DNA from: Cyanidioschyzon merolae
Lineage: Eukaryota
Strand: one strand, 5' to 3'
DNA: 64,000 nt
Assembly (NCBI GenBank): GCA_000091205.1
Contig: AP006499.2
A program made the translations under genes and the position numbers. Shown piece after piece: positions 21,265-32,069 of this stretch. Positions within the stretch are counted from its first letter, which is position 1, and each line of letters starts with the position of its first letter. The notes under the pieces were generated by a model, which ran no database searches, had not been told where the DNA came from, and saw only the letters and a list, made by a program, of their open reading frames with translations.

Positions 21265-22893
21265 ATGAGGGTTCGTAGAGAGACGCGCGGAAAAGCTGAA
21301 GGTGACCCCGACGATGCGTTAGACGGTTTTGTGCCGCCTTCGCTGGTGTGCAAGGGCACTGCGTTGGCTGTACTGAAGCGTGTCAACGTGCTAGCAGAGT
21401 CGAACGCTCTGGCGTTGGACATAGGCGGCTCGCTCGCGAAAATACTGTACTTCCAGCCCAATACGCGAGGAACTGCAGAGAGACAGCTATGTATCGACTT
21501 TCTGGAGCCGGTAGCGGCGGCACACCGCTCAGCGCTGTCAGTAGCCGTGCAGGAGCTCGGGGGTACGTTCCACTTTTTTGCTTTCGAAACGAGAAACATT
21601 GAGGAGTGCGTGCAGTTTATTAAAGAGCACTGGATGCCAACGAATACGGAGAAACCTTATGTGATTCGCTCAACCGGTGGCGGTGCGTACAAATATCGAG
21701 AGCTCTTTCGCGCGATCGGTGTAGAGCTTAGCACCCAAGATGAGATGGCTTGCACGGTGGCTGGGTTGAACTTCCTTCTGACTCATTTCGAGCATGAGGT
21801 GTACTCTGTGACTGTTGCCCCAGATACGCAAATAGGCTCTCCGAATCCCATCATTCAGCGGAACTACTTGGACGCTCGACCGGATCCGTATCCTTATCTG
21901 TTGTGTCATATTGGCTCGGGAGTGAGCTTTATTAAAGTACAGGGGCCGCGCAGCTTTCGTCGCGTCAGCGGCACCTCGCTGGGCGGGGGAACCTTCTGGG
22001 GCCTCTGCCGAATTCTCACTAACTGCAAGACATTTGACGAGGTGATCGAGCTCACGAAGAAAGGAGATAACTCGCGCGTCGACATGCTTGTCGGGGACAT
22101 CTACGGGGGCGCCTACGAGAAACTGGGCCTCGATGCAAATCTAATCGCAGCCTCATTTGGAAAGGTTACCATGAGGAAGGAGCCATCGCCGACTTTTGAA
22201 AACTTCCGACGCGAGCTGCGCCGCTTCATCGTCGGAACAATGTCGCTTTTCGTGCAGCTCCTCATTGCGCTTCCGTTCCTCGGCCAAATCTTCCGGTGGC
22301 TCGGTCTGGAGCGAAGGGCACACGCCACCCTGAGCAATGTCTATTTCAGTCGCCATTTCCATGCCGAGGATGTTGCCTTGAGTGCATTGCGCATGGTGAG
22401 TTACAACGTCGCCCAACTGGCCTACCTGAACGCTGTCATTGAGAACGTTCCACGAATCTATTTCGGGGGCAGCTTTGTCCGTGAGCATCCTTTCACGGTA
22501 TCTGCAATATCCTATGCGGTAGAATTCTGGAGTAAGAAAAATATGCAGGCGCTCTTCCTAGTGCATGACGGGTATCTCGGTGCCCTAGGAAGCTACCTGG
22601 GCGTCGACTGGACCGAATCTGAACAATTTGCGGATGAACAGATCCCTACAAACGCGATTTCACAGATGCATTCGCATGTGGCGATGAACCGCGTCATCTT
22701 TAACCCGGCGGCGAACGGCTCAAGTCGGAAGAACAAAAGGCAAAGGCGCAAGCAAAGCCTCGCTTCAGCGCCGTCATCTGCGGCTGCACCGATGCACTTC
22801 AGCAAAGCACGATCCCAACAGCGTAGCGCCCTCGGCGACGAACATGGACCCGAATTCGAAGGCACCGGAACCGAAACAAGTCGTCTGGACTGA
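21265..22893 (+). CDS. PANK: Pantothenate kinase, eukaryotic type II (fumble family)
   Basis: ...ALDIGGSLAKILYFQP..., ...RSTGGGAYKY..., ...LLCHIGSGVSFIKVQG..., ...VSGTSLGGGTFWGLCRILT..., ...IYFGGSFVREHP... are canonical type II PanK (ASKHA fold) motifs. Confidence 0.85.
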   Translation: MRVRRETRGKAEGDPDDALDGFVPPSLVCKGTALAVLKRVNVLAESNALALDIGGSLAKILYFQPNTRGTAERQLCIDFLEPVAAAHRSALSVAVQELGGTFHFFAFETRNIEECVQFIKEHWMPTNTEKPYVIRSTGGGAYKYRELFRAIGVELSTQDEMACTVAGLNFLLTHFEHEVYSVTVAPDTQIGSPNPIIQRNYLDARPDPYPYLLCHIGSGVSFIKVQGPRSFRRVSGTSLGGGTFWGLCRILTNCKTFDEVIELTKKGDNSRVDMLVGDIYGGAYEKLGLDANLIAASFGKVTMRKEPSPTFENFRRELRRFIVGTMSLFVQLLIALPFLGQIFRWLGLERRAHATLSNVYFSRHFHAEDVALSALRMVSYNVAQLAYLNAVIENVPRIYFGGSFVREHPFTVSAISYAVEFWSKKNMQALFLVHDGYLGALGSYLGVDWTESEQFADEQIPTNAISQMHSHVAMNRVIFNPAANGSSRKNKRQRRKQSLASAPSSAAAPMHFSKARSQQRSALGDEHGPEFEGTGTETSRLD

Positions 22894-23182
22894 GGCTTTA
22901 CGGAAAACTTGTTCCGCGAGATAGTATCGAATCTCCGCGAAATATTCGTAAGCATCACGATGAGGACAAGCGTTTCGCGCAGCGAATGGATAGCATCACC
23001 GTTTCCCTGATGTCTCGCGAGTTGGTTTCGACTTGTGGACGATGCCCGGCGAGCATGTCGTACACGAGGATTCCCCAAGTCTCGAGAGGACTCACGCGAG
23101 CTCGGCAGGAAAGCTTGCGCTCCGTCAAAATCCCTTCATCGTCCGCAGGCACTTCAGTACCATGTGAGCATGCCCCGGTTGA

Positions 23183-23560
23183 TTACCGTCCATGCAGCCG
23201 CGCATCAAGCGTCTGATCGGGCGACCCTCGTGATCTGGCAACGTGCAAGACGCTTCCCATAAAGTGCCCTCGTCTCTGATATTTCGTGCTTGTTTCGCAT
23301 CGAGTCGATATAAAACGAACAATGCCAGCGAAGCGATATACGCGCCACAGAGTCCGGGGACGGTTCGCGTACTCGTTGAGCGGTCGCTCCAGGAACGCGC
23401 GCTTCGACTTGAAGGCATGCCCCAACTGATTGGCACCATTAGTTTCCAGGGTATGTGGAACAAAATTCATCACGAGATTGTCGGTAAACTCCCAAAAGGG
23501 TTCAATCAACGTAGGCAGTGCACCCCGAAATACTTGATCGTGAATGTAGAGCTCGGTCAA
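23183..23560 (-). CDS. Unassigned protein-like ORF (125 aa); possibly an exon of a spliced gene
   Basis: ...ALPTLIEPFWEFTDNLVMNFVPHTLETNGANQLGHAFKSKRAFLERPLNEYANRPRTLW... has globular-looking composition but I recognise no family. Confidence 0.2.
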   Translation of the reverse strand: MTELYIHDQVFRGALPTLIEPFWEFTDNLVMNFVPHTLETNGANQLGHAFKSKRAFLERPLNEYANRPRTLWRVYRFAGIVRFISTRCETSTKYQRRGHFMGSVLHVARSRGSPDQTLDARLHGR

Positions 23561-26179
23561 ACTTTGCTCTCTGCACTAGGACGAGTCCGACTGCAATCAC
23601 CATCATGTCCTACCACATTGAGAATGTCCAGAGACCGCATGACGCAGCGGTGACGGTCTTCGCTGTGGCATGTTTGCGCAAAAGCAGCATCCATACCGAT
23701 GCATCCGCACAAAGCGGGAACTCGTTGCCAAACACTCACCGTTCCGGCGGGTATAAGTGCCGTGAATGGTACCAGGCCCGAGGCTTCCCCGACTCCAGCG
23801 CTGTGCAATGACCTTCAAACAAAAACGCTCAAGCCGACTCCTGAGGCAAATTGCCACCCCGAACGAAATGCAGGGAACTCGCGTCCACGCAAAGGATCGC
23901 GTCCTATTTCACAGGATACTTGCAAGCGACACGCGTGTCTCTTAAACATAATGAAAACATCCACAGAGACCAACGATCGGGTTGCCTGGCTGGGGAGCAC
24001 GCACCTTACCATGCACACCCGCGCGAATGCATATTTTATTCCTCATCGACAATGAAACGTGCAGAGGTGCCGTGCTCGGTGCTTGAGTGAAATCAAATAG
24101 CAGAACTGCCCGGCACTTGCCATGCCGCGATCTCACAGGCACTGAACAGACGCCGGGTAAAGCGGCTCCCTTGGGTCGAGGCGTCAATTGTCCGTATCCG
24201 TCGAAAATGGAAGGCTGACATGTTCGCTGGGCTCCCGGCTATCGATGTTTTCCGACATTGTTTCCATGTACAGCATCGAGTATCGAACTGCAGCAATATG
24301 GGCGTACGAATTCATACGTGGTTTAAGATTCGTGGTTGTCTTTATCGGAATGGCTTTTACGAATCTATGCTGCGGAAATTTGTTTTGTTTATTTGTTTCA
24401 TTGACAAAACGTTTACATGGGCCAGCGTTCTCCAATTGTGCGCTCTTTCTGCTCCCACATTTTTTTGTGTTTTTTCCAGTACACGGTGAAGTATCCATCA
24501 AACGCCCTACCTCCAAGTTACATGTCCCATACTTCTTCTCGGATATTCAGGTCGTTTCATACGTCCTATCGTGTGTGCCTGGTGCCTGCCGAAAGCGACC
24601 GCAATGGAGTCTTTAGCGCCGATGCGTTCGCTGCACGGAGACAGAATGGCGTTGCCGTACCACACAGAGGGCATCGGCTCGAGATTCGTTCTGGTAAGGG
24701 AATCGGGAAGATTCGCGACGCACTCGAAAAAGCGTTTGAAAAAATAGATACCATCATCCAATTGAGTTTTGCATGCCCCCACTCTTCTCCTTTCGTTAAG
24801 CGTGGCGTGCTCAAATTATGCCTTCTAAATGTTTTCCATCCTTCTGTTTCACCACAACTCGTAAGAGCAGGAATTCGCACCGCTATATAGAAAAGGAAAA
24901 GAACTCGACAGTTTCAGTTGATGAGCGTTTTGTGGAAGCACCTGCCGAAAGCTATTTTGACTTTCCTTTATCAAATAATCGAGACAATTCGAATAACGAA
25001 TCCTCCTACTTTGCGGCCAGCGACTAGACGGTGTTCGACAAGATCACGCTACCTCTCACAGGGTTTGCGCGCAGAGGCACCAGTCTCGTCTGTTTAGATG
25101 TAACAGGGTCGTAGACTGCGGCTCGAGACATCGCAGCAGTTGCCCCATTGGGGAGCGCGTCACCGCTTCACACGACGAGAGCGTAGACCAATCGAATCAT
25201 TTCGATGTGCTATGCAGTCAAGGTTCCCCTTCCTGCACTGGTTTCATCAGGAGCAACATCGCGCTCCACAAAAAGCCTCTTTTATTCGCAAAATAGCAGA
25301 GGGCAGAATATAGGTCATCTTGCCTACTTTAACTTTTTCTCCGTTGTTCGACGCTATTCAGAGCTTGTTCCGGACCATGGCAAACATATTCATGGATTTG
25401 AATTACTTTTTCGGCAACCCGGATCGCCCTCGACACGACCAATACTCAGTGCTTTTGGCGCCGAAACTGCTGCCACTGGGCTCCTCCGCACCTGTTTGGC
25501 GCAATTTGTTCCCGTTCACGGATCGGGGACTTCCAAATAACCATGAACGATAGCGATGAACAAGATGTACAGAATGAATATGTAATGCATTCTTATCAGT
25601 AGAGGCACATGGCCGATGCGCACCTGGTACACCGAGGTAAGAACTTTCTCAGAGCAACAATGAAATCCCGGAGTATTTCGCTTAGAGGCGCATACCATCC
25701 ATACAGAACGTCGCCCATGTCGGACGCAACGCCTTCCTCCACGAAGCGCGTCGCATGGGCATCTTCTCGAACGAGGAGCTGTCTTCATCGCTACTCTACG
25801 GCACTGCGGTCGTGACGGCATATCTCGGACCACACTAGCTTATGCCGTGACATCGAGCCCGAAGAGAAGAGCGGGAACTCCATCGCCGCATTCTGAAGCA
25901 ACGCGATTGCCTCAAGCTCAAGCGCATGCACAGCTTGTGCGGCGTAGACCTTGGAGTCCTTCACCGCAATTGTGTTCCACCTCCGGGTACGTGTCATCAA
26001 GCGCTCTTTAGCGGTCTATATCAGACTTGCTCAGAGTGCGTTCATTTGAAGAAATAAAAAATCTAGGGGACAGGTATCGACATGAAAGTTGGAGATATTG
26101 CAGGGGATGTCGTCGCCGGCTGCCTGTAGAAAACGAAAAAAAAAATCCGCTTCTCGTCAGCTATCTAGCGAAGAAGGGC

Positions 26180-26535
26180 ATATGCTGAAAAAGAAGAAAA
26201 AGAAACAAAGAGAACGACGAGTCAAGGGGCTTGCCCAACCGAACGACAACGAGACTGTGGTGGCATAGAGGGCACGAGTTCGGGGACTCCTTCCAATAGT
26301 GAGTTCACCCGGAGGCCCTGCACGCAGGGAGTTCGCGAAACGAGACTTCAACGCCATCATCAATGTCAAGAGATATGCGGCGCTGAGGACGACACCCGCA
26401 TAGCTGACGCGATCTGTCGTCGTGGGGCAGCTCCTCAGGCTCAAGATCTACAGGGAGATGCTGAAATCGATAGCATACGGCCGGTCGGAAAAAACTGGGA
26501 GGCGCCTGTGACTGGGTGTAAACATATACAATCTA
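26180..26535 (+). mobile_element. Fanzor-like 3' fragment, copy D (C-terminal remnant plus conserved 3' module only)
   Basis: ...KGLAQPNDNETVVA... then REFAKRDFNAIINVKRYAALRTTPA*. The 3' module follows: ...ctcaggctcaagatctacagggagatgctgaaatcgatagcatacggccgg...aaaaactgggaggcgcctgtgactgggtgtaaacatatacaat. Confidence 0.55.
26401..26535 (+). ncRNA. Candidate omega-RNA scaffold remnant (copy D)
   Basis: The conserved segment immediately 3' of the Fanzor-like stop, aligned to copies B and G. Confidence 0.25.
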
Positions 26536-28258
26536 CGGTAGAAAAAGGTTTTTTCGCTCCATGGACTGTAACACGGACAAGTGATTCTAGATTGCGTGGT
26601 TGTTATCGGGGCCTGAGAAAACGTCCACCATTACGCAACATCCTTCAAGTTGCTCCAGACATCATCTATGCTTTCCTTCGGAGATGCTGGATCGTTCTGG
26701 CGATCCTCTGGAAACCGAGTCCACTGTGAGTGCCAACAATGGCATCTTATGCACCAGTACAGACGCCAAACGGAGACAGAGCGGCTTTAATGTGCTTTTG
26801 TGAGCGTCGGTTCGAGGGCTGCTCGCGCGAGAGGTCCCCGTCACAAGCAAGCGCAAACGCACGTCACCGTGGATATAGTGCAACCGGGGAATCTGGTTCA
26901 CATTATCGACGTTTCACACCATGGGGAACCAGGGTTTCATCTCGCGTAGATGCCCTTCCAGGTGCCGTTGAGCCACGCCGTCGCCTCGTGCGGCGAATGC
27001 GTCGTCACTGTACGGATCCAATCCCCAGCGCTGATGGGAGGTGCTGTTTACGGTTCTTCGAATGTGCTTATATTCGGACAGAAGCAGTGATCCCTCGACT
27101 GATCTCCACTGGCAATAGCGAATGCTGGGAATTCATGTCCAATGTTTCAAGCGTATACCATAAAACATTTTATCCGGCATATGATGCCGTTCTAGCAGCA
27201 GTGAGAAAGCCGCTCTATGTTTCTCGAATTACTGCTCATCAAACGCGTAACGCGGCCGGCAACTCCCGTGTTCCATCGCACGAACTGATGCACCATGACG
27301 GTCTCGTGCAGCGTCCTCGCTCGTGACTGTGTCGCCTTTCATGTCCGACGACTTCTGCGCCAGGTACTCAAGTTCGCAGCAATGTGGACGATAGATGCAG
27401 AGGGCCGAATTCGCAAATCCAATCGACTTCGAGCGAGCAGATGCCGCGCATCCTGAATACCCCTGTTGTTCCGTTCTACTATCGCGCACAGATAATAACC
27501 GCCGACGATGAGCTGGTTTCCGATGAACGAAGCTTGGCGAATGCAGGCTCGGGCGGTGTCTTCTTCAGATACGCAACCCATATCCGAACGCTAGCTGTGC
27601 CGATCCCCGCGCAGAGTGCGTCTCTGTGCCCGTGAGCCTCTGTGAGGGCAAAAGTTTACGCGCTAGCGCTCGGAAGCTAACGCTCAGCCTTGCTTCTTCG
27701 TGTCTCCGAGCTCGATCTCGCCTCAATACATAGCATGCAGCGCTATAACTCTGTGGGCTTCTTCGCTTCGCCTGGAACGTCCTCGGCGTCTGCGAGGCCA
27801 CTGTTGAGGAACGCGGTCCAGAAAGCCTCTGCTGTCCCTGGTGCGGCGTCATCCGACGTTCGTTCAGCGAGTTCCATGATGCCGTCGGGATTCACATAGT
27901 CCTCGCCACTGAGCCACCAGAGGTTCGCGTGTTCGTCGGCCCCGCTCTGCGCACGACCAAACAGCGTTCGAGCGCTCTGTTTGTGTTTCGTTAGAAGGCG
28001 TCGTATGGCGGGCGGAGCGCTCGCAAAGTCTTCATCATCTGACGACAACTCTGCGCGCAAAAGCACCCTTGACTGTGAGCACGTTGACACTAGTACTGGA
28101 CGAGACCTTTGGCAACCCAGCGGTACGGACTGTGGCACGAACATGTTATCGATGCAGTACGTCCCAACAAAGAACAGTGTCATCGCCAGCTCTCGCGCGC
28201 CGTTCGAGCACGCGTGTTTACAGTTCTCGAACGTGCTTCGAGGACGGTTTTGGAAGAA

Positions 28259-28948
28259 ATGAGCGACGCTACGAACAACGCAGTTTTGGTAAGAAATTTG
28301 TCCCCCGAGGTGACTAAACAGACTCTCTTGGACTTTTTCTCGTTCTGTGGCGAAATCTCCGCGGTGAAAATTCGTCCATCCGTAGGGGAGGGGGGTTCTT
28401 CCAGCTCTGGGAGCCCAACGGAAGCGATGGAGGCCCTGGTGATTTTTGAAAACCAGTCAGCGAAGAAAACCGCTCTAGTCCTGGATTCTGCTACTCTTAA
28501 GAAGCGAAAGATTAGTGTTATGGATGCAACCGAGGAGCTCGTCTCCTCTTTTAAAGACGTCCGGGAAGTGGACCTCGCGAGGGACAGCACCGACGTTCCA
28601 GAGACTGCTACCGCTCGCCAGGAACGGCTGCAGGGCCTCCGCGAAGAGTTCGACCGCGCCATCAAACGCGCTTCCGACAAGCTCAGCGATTTCAATGAAA
28701 AGCACCGAATAACGGAAAAGGTCCAGGAGTTTGGCGACTTGACCAAACGCAAAACGCAGGAGATCAATGAACAGTACCGTCTAACGGAGCGAGCTCGCGA
28801 AGGCTGGCAGACCGTGCGTGAGAAAACACGCGAATTGGATGAGCGCTTGCATCTCAGCGAAAGTGCTCGGGACGGATGGAGATCGTTGAAAGCATCTGTG
28901 AGTAAGATTATGCAGAAAGATCGCGGCGGAGAGGTTGATAAAGCGTAG
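28259..28948 (+). CDS. RRM-domain RNA-binding protein (Vip1-like) with repeated C-terminal helical motifs
   Basis: MSDATNNAVLVRNLSPEVTKQTLLDFFSFCGEISAVKIRPS... has an RNP-type RRM (LVRNLS ... FCGEI). The C-terminus repeats (ITEKVQEFGDLTKRKTQEINEQYRLTERAREGW / QTVREKTRELDERLHLSESARDGW). The start is taken at the Met of MSDATNN rather than the longer track ORF. Confidence 0.6.
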   Translation: MSDATNNAVLVRNLSPEVTKQTLLDFFSFCGEISAVKIRPSVGEGGSSSSGSPTEAMEALVIFENQSAKKTALVLDSATLKKRKISVMDATEELVSSFKDVREVDLARDSTDVPETATARQERLQGLREEFDRAIKRASDKLSDFNEKHRITEKVQEFGDLTKRKTQEINEQYRLTERAREGWQTVREKTRELDERLHLSESARDGWRSLKASVSKIMQKDRGGEVDKA

Positions 28949-30100
28949 GGACTCAGGGAATTCGTACTATTGAGACCGCCTGCTCTGAAACTCGAGCGAA
29001 GTTGCACCAGCAATGGATTTGGGTTTCAAATCTGATCCTCCGATTTGTGATGGCGAAGCTCCCATATCTGTATCATACATATGGTACCGTGATCGGAAGG
29101 CTCTGGCTCTGGGACAGGAGCTACCCAGCAACAAAGTGTCGAACGCGAAGAGCCCAGCCTTCTGGCGCGGCACCGACACCCGTCACAATTTTCTGCGTGC
29201 GCGGCACTGCATTTCGCGTTGATTTACGTCACTGCACAGTACTGGACGAGGGGCCATGCCATCAGCGAAACGTCCACGGGAGACGACAGCTCAAATTGCG
29301 CGTCTTCTATGTATACGATTCTGGAACGCGGCTGGGTCGAATCACGACAGCGTACGGATTCTTTGTCTGTGGACACTTTTCGACGAGTGCTTTCGAGTGG
29401 CTGGAGAATTCGAACCCTAGTCGTGGAGATTCGTCGTTCTGGTATAGCCGTCCGAATGAGCTAGAGCGGTGCCTCTGACAGAGAAAGATGTGTGATTGCA
29501 TTCGAGCGGACGAGCTGCGGAGGTCTCCATGCCGGAGACCTAGCGCCAAACTGAGCACACAGCACAGACCTGCGGGCGCTCACATAGAGGAGAAGATTAC
29601 GCGCCGATTGCGCTCGATTTGCGAAACGGCGCCTGCAGATAAATGGTGGCATTCAGGGCTCGCGCTGTAACCACGGAGAATGCTCCGCCCAAACAGTTGC
29701 TACAGAGACACGAATACCCGTATCACGGGAGCAGATAGGGACTTGCGGTGTAGCTGTTGTATGAAAAGATCGTTTAGATTCATTTACTGTGCAGGAAGGC
29801 AGAACCAGAATCCCATCATGTAATCTAAAGAATACGATCGCCCTGGGGTTTCTGAGGTCTTTGGAGATTTTGCGTAGGCTCGCGCATGTTCTCCAGAAGA
29901 ACGATTGAACCGCAAATCTACGAACTGATAGCTTTACCTCGGAAATAAACGCCTATTCGCTACAAACACTACAGATCACAGTATGTATCGGACGCAAGAA
30001 CAGAGTGCTGGGAAACCATACGACGCGAGGTGGAGGACACAATCTCGACGAATTACATGCATCCCCAGGGCGAAGAACAACTTTTTACATCTATGGAGCG

Positions 30101-30159
30101 TATGGAAACCCATACGCAGACGCCGCGCAGCATTTTTGACCGGCCTCCTGCCACCGATA
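30101..30159 (-). ncRNA. Candidate omega-RNA scaffold remnant (copy H)
   Basis: Contains the conserved ...aaaaa.gctg.g.ggcgtctg... segment 3' of the RuvC-III remnant. Confidence 0.2.
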
Positions 30160-30790
30160 TCAGTTTTTACCCCAGCACACTTTGAGCTTGAGAGTCTGGG
30201 CCACGAAGTTGAATCGCGTCGGATCCTTGGGTCTCGTCTTCTGCACCGCACACTGTCTGATATTAACAGCGACTTTAAGTCTCAGTTCATAAACTTAATG
30301 CGCGTATTGCCCCTGGCTGAACTCACCAGTGGACGGACTGCTAGAACTCGCGCCTTCTGTGCCACTACGGTCTCTTCAGTGTTCCGTCGGGCACACACTT
30401 TTTCCCGCCTATTTCCACTCTTCCTCTACGTCACATGCTCGGCTTCGCTCGATGCTAGGTGACAAGACAATTTTGTCTGTTTTTTCTTGAACCCGGCGAC
30501 ATCGGTACTCCAGGATCGTCGACTTGCTTTTCCATAACTTTCCTTTTCTAATTTTTGTCTGAAAAAGAACGCTTTTTGAACGCTTCTTTTATAGACTGCA
30601 AAAAACCAATCGAATACACTTGTTTGAGGTTTGGAACTCAAATGAATTGAAAGACTGTACTTTGCTTCGACCCCAACGCAAATACAACTTTTTCCGGTAG
30701 AACAACACGCTAATTGATCGGGATCATGTTTCCCTCCAACGGCGACATGCGCGTCGTGTCTCATGTCTGCCCGATCTCCCAGGTGCGCTC
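30101..30790 (-). mobile_element. Fanzor-like partial copy H (3' half: internal segment, C-terminal remnant, 3' module)
   Basis: The minus-strand translation reads ...ETVVAQKARVLAVRPLVSSARGNTRIKFMN* and ...LKVAVNIRQCAVQKTRPKDPTRFNFVAQTLKLKVC. The 3' module reads ...ggtcaaaaatgctgcgcggcgtctgcgtatgggtttccatac. Region 30490-30790 matches the internal segment of copies A, C and E. Confidence 0.55.
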
Positions 30791-31019
30791 ACCGCCGCGA
30801 CGCATGCACCGCGCGAGACGGTACTCCGATCGATGAAGGACACGTGTCCGATGCCGCACTGGCACATGCGTGTTCTCACCAGCGCACTGCAGCTGCAATC
30901 CAGTGTCCTAAATCGGAAACTCACGTAGAATTATCTCCTGCTATAGGCCATGTCGCTGGTGCCCATCGCAGTACCGACCTGACATACAAGGAGATGTTGG
31001 GGCCTCCCACAAAAGCCCT

Positions 31020-31300
31020 GCAACGATTCCAGCAAACGCGTAGCGTTCTCAGCGACACACGCTTGTGTGGATGAGGTACGCATCACTCTACTCAATAGGA
31101 ATTTCATCAGTTTTATTGATCGTAATCAAACAATGTACGGCAGGGTTCCCGAACACGGATATGCGTTTATTGCCTATGCTTGTTATGCATGCTGCACGGA
31201 CGCTGGAGTATGGAACTGATTCGAATTCTGCTGGTATCCTGCGTCATGGGCTGGAACTGGTGGCAGTTCAAGTCATTGCCATGTCGTCGTCGTGCGTCGG
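31020..31300. repeat. Interspersed repeat R2, copy 2
   Basis: Aligns with 15040-15330 (see that entry). Confidence 0.7.
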
Positions 31301-31989
31301 ATTGTATTCGCTGAAAGGAAGCCGCAGGACTTGTGTAACGTATTCAAGAAGAAACTCACGATGCTTTTATTCGATCTATTTCCAGACACTACCGCTCCCG
31401 AGCCTAAATTTCTGGACAAGCGTCAATATACTGTCCTTCAATCCCCAAACTGCCTATTATCAAAGCCAGCGGGGCGACGAGGGGCTAAACGAGCCCAAGA
31501 GCCACCGACACCAGTTTTACGGCTGGGCACCTTGCTGAGCACATCTTCCAGCGTTGCCGTTGTGCCGAAAGGGTTTGACTTCGGGCCCGCACCGCTCAGC
31601 TTATCTTTCCACTGCCCCTGCAGGTCCCAAGGCTTTCTTTGCTTGGGCACACGATCAAGATAAGACTCAGAGCCGTCCCGAGGGGTCGCGCGGCCTCCGA
31701 TGCCGCCAGCCCGAGCTCTGGCAATTGTGCGCTCCGCAGAAGGCGAACGGGGCTTCGAGTTGCCCTGTCGCGCTAGAACGTCGCTCCATGCAAGCGGTTC
31801 ATTGTTCAAGAGATCTTGCAGATCTGCCGCACCTCTCACGAATACCTGGACAGCTATCTGCGAACAAGACACCAAACCGAGCGCTCCGAAACTCAAGGAA
31901 GCCATGTCACCACAGTCGAGTCCGAACAAGGGTAAGCGAACGGCGCCTCGCGAAGCGTGACCTGGGAGGTGCACTGCGAGATCTCGAAC

Positions 31990-32069
31990 GAATGTTGACA
32001 ACTTGACCACAGACGCCTCCTAGAATTTTTGGACCGGCCACCTACTACTGGTTCCAACTTATTCTTGCA
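31990..32069 (-). ncRNA. Candidate omega-RNA scaffold remnant (copy E)
   Basis: The reverse complement reads ...ccaaaaattctaggaggcgtctgtggtcaagttgtcaacatt, aligned to copy G ...aaaaagcctgggaggcgtcttctggtggatatgcatatac. Confidence 0.25.
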
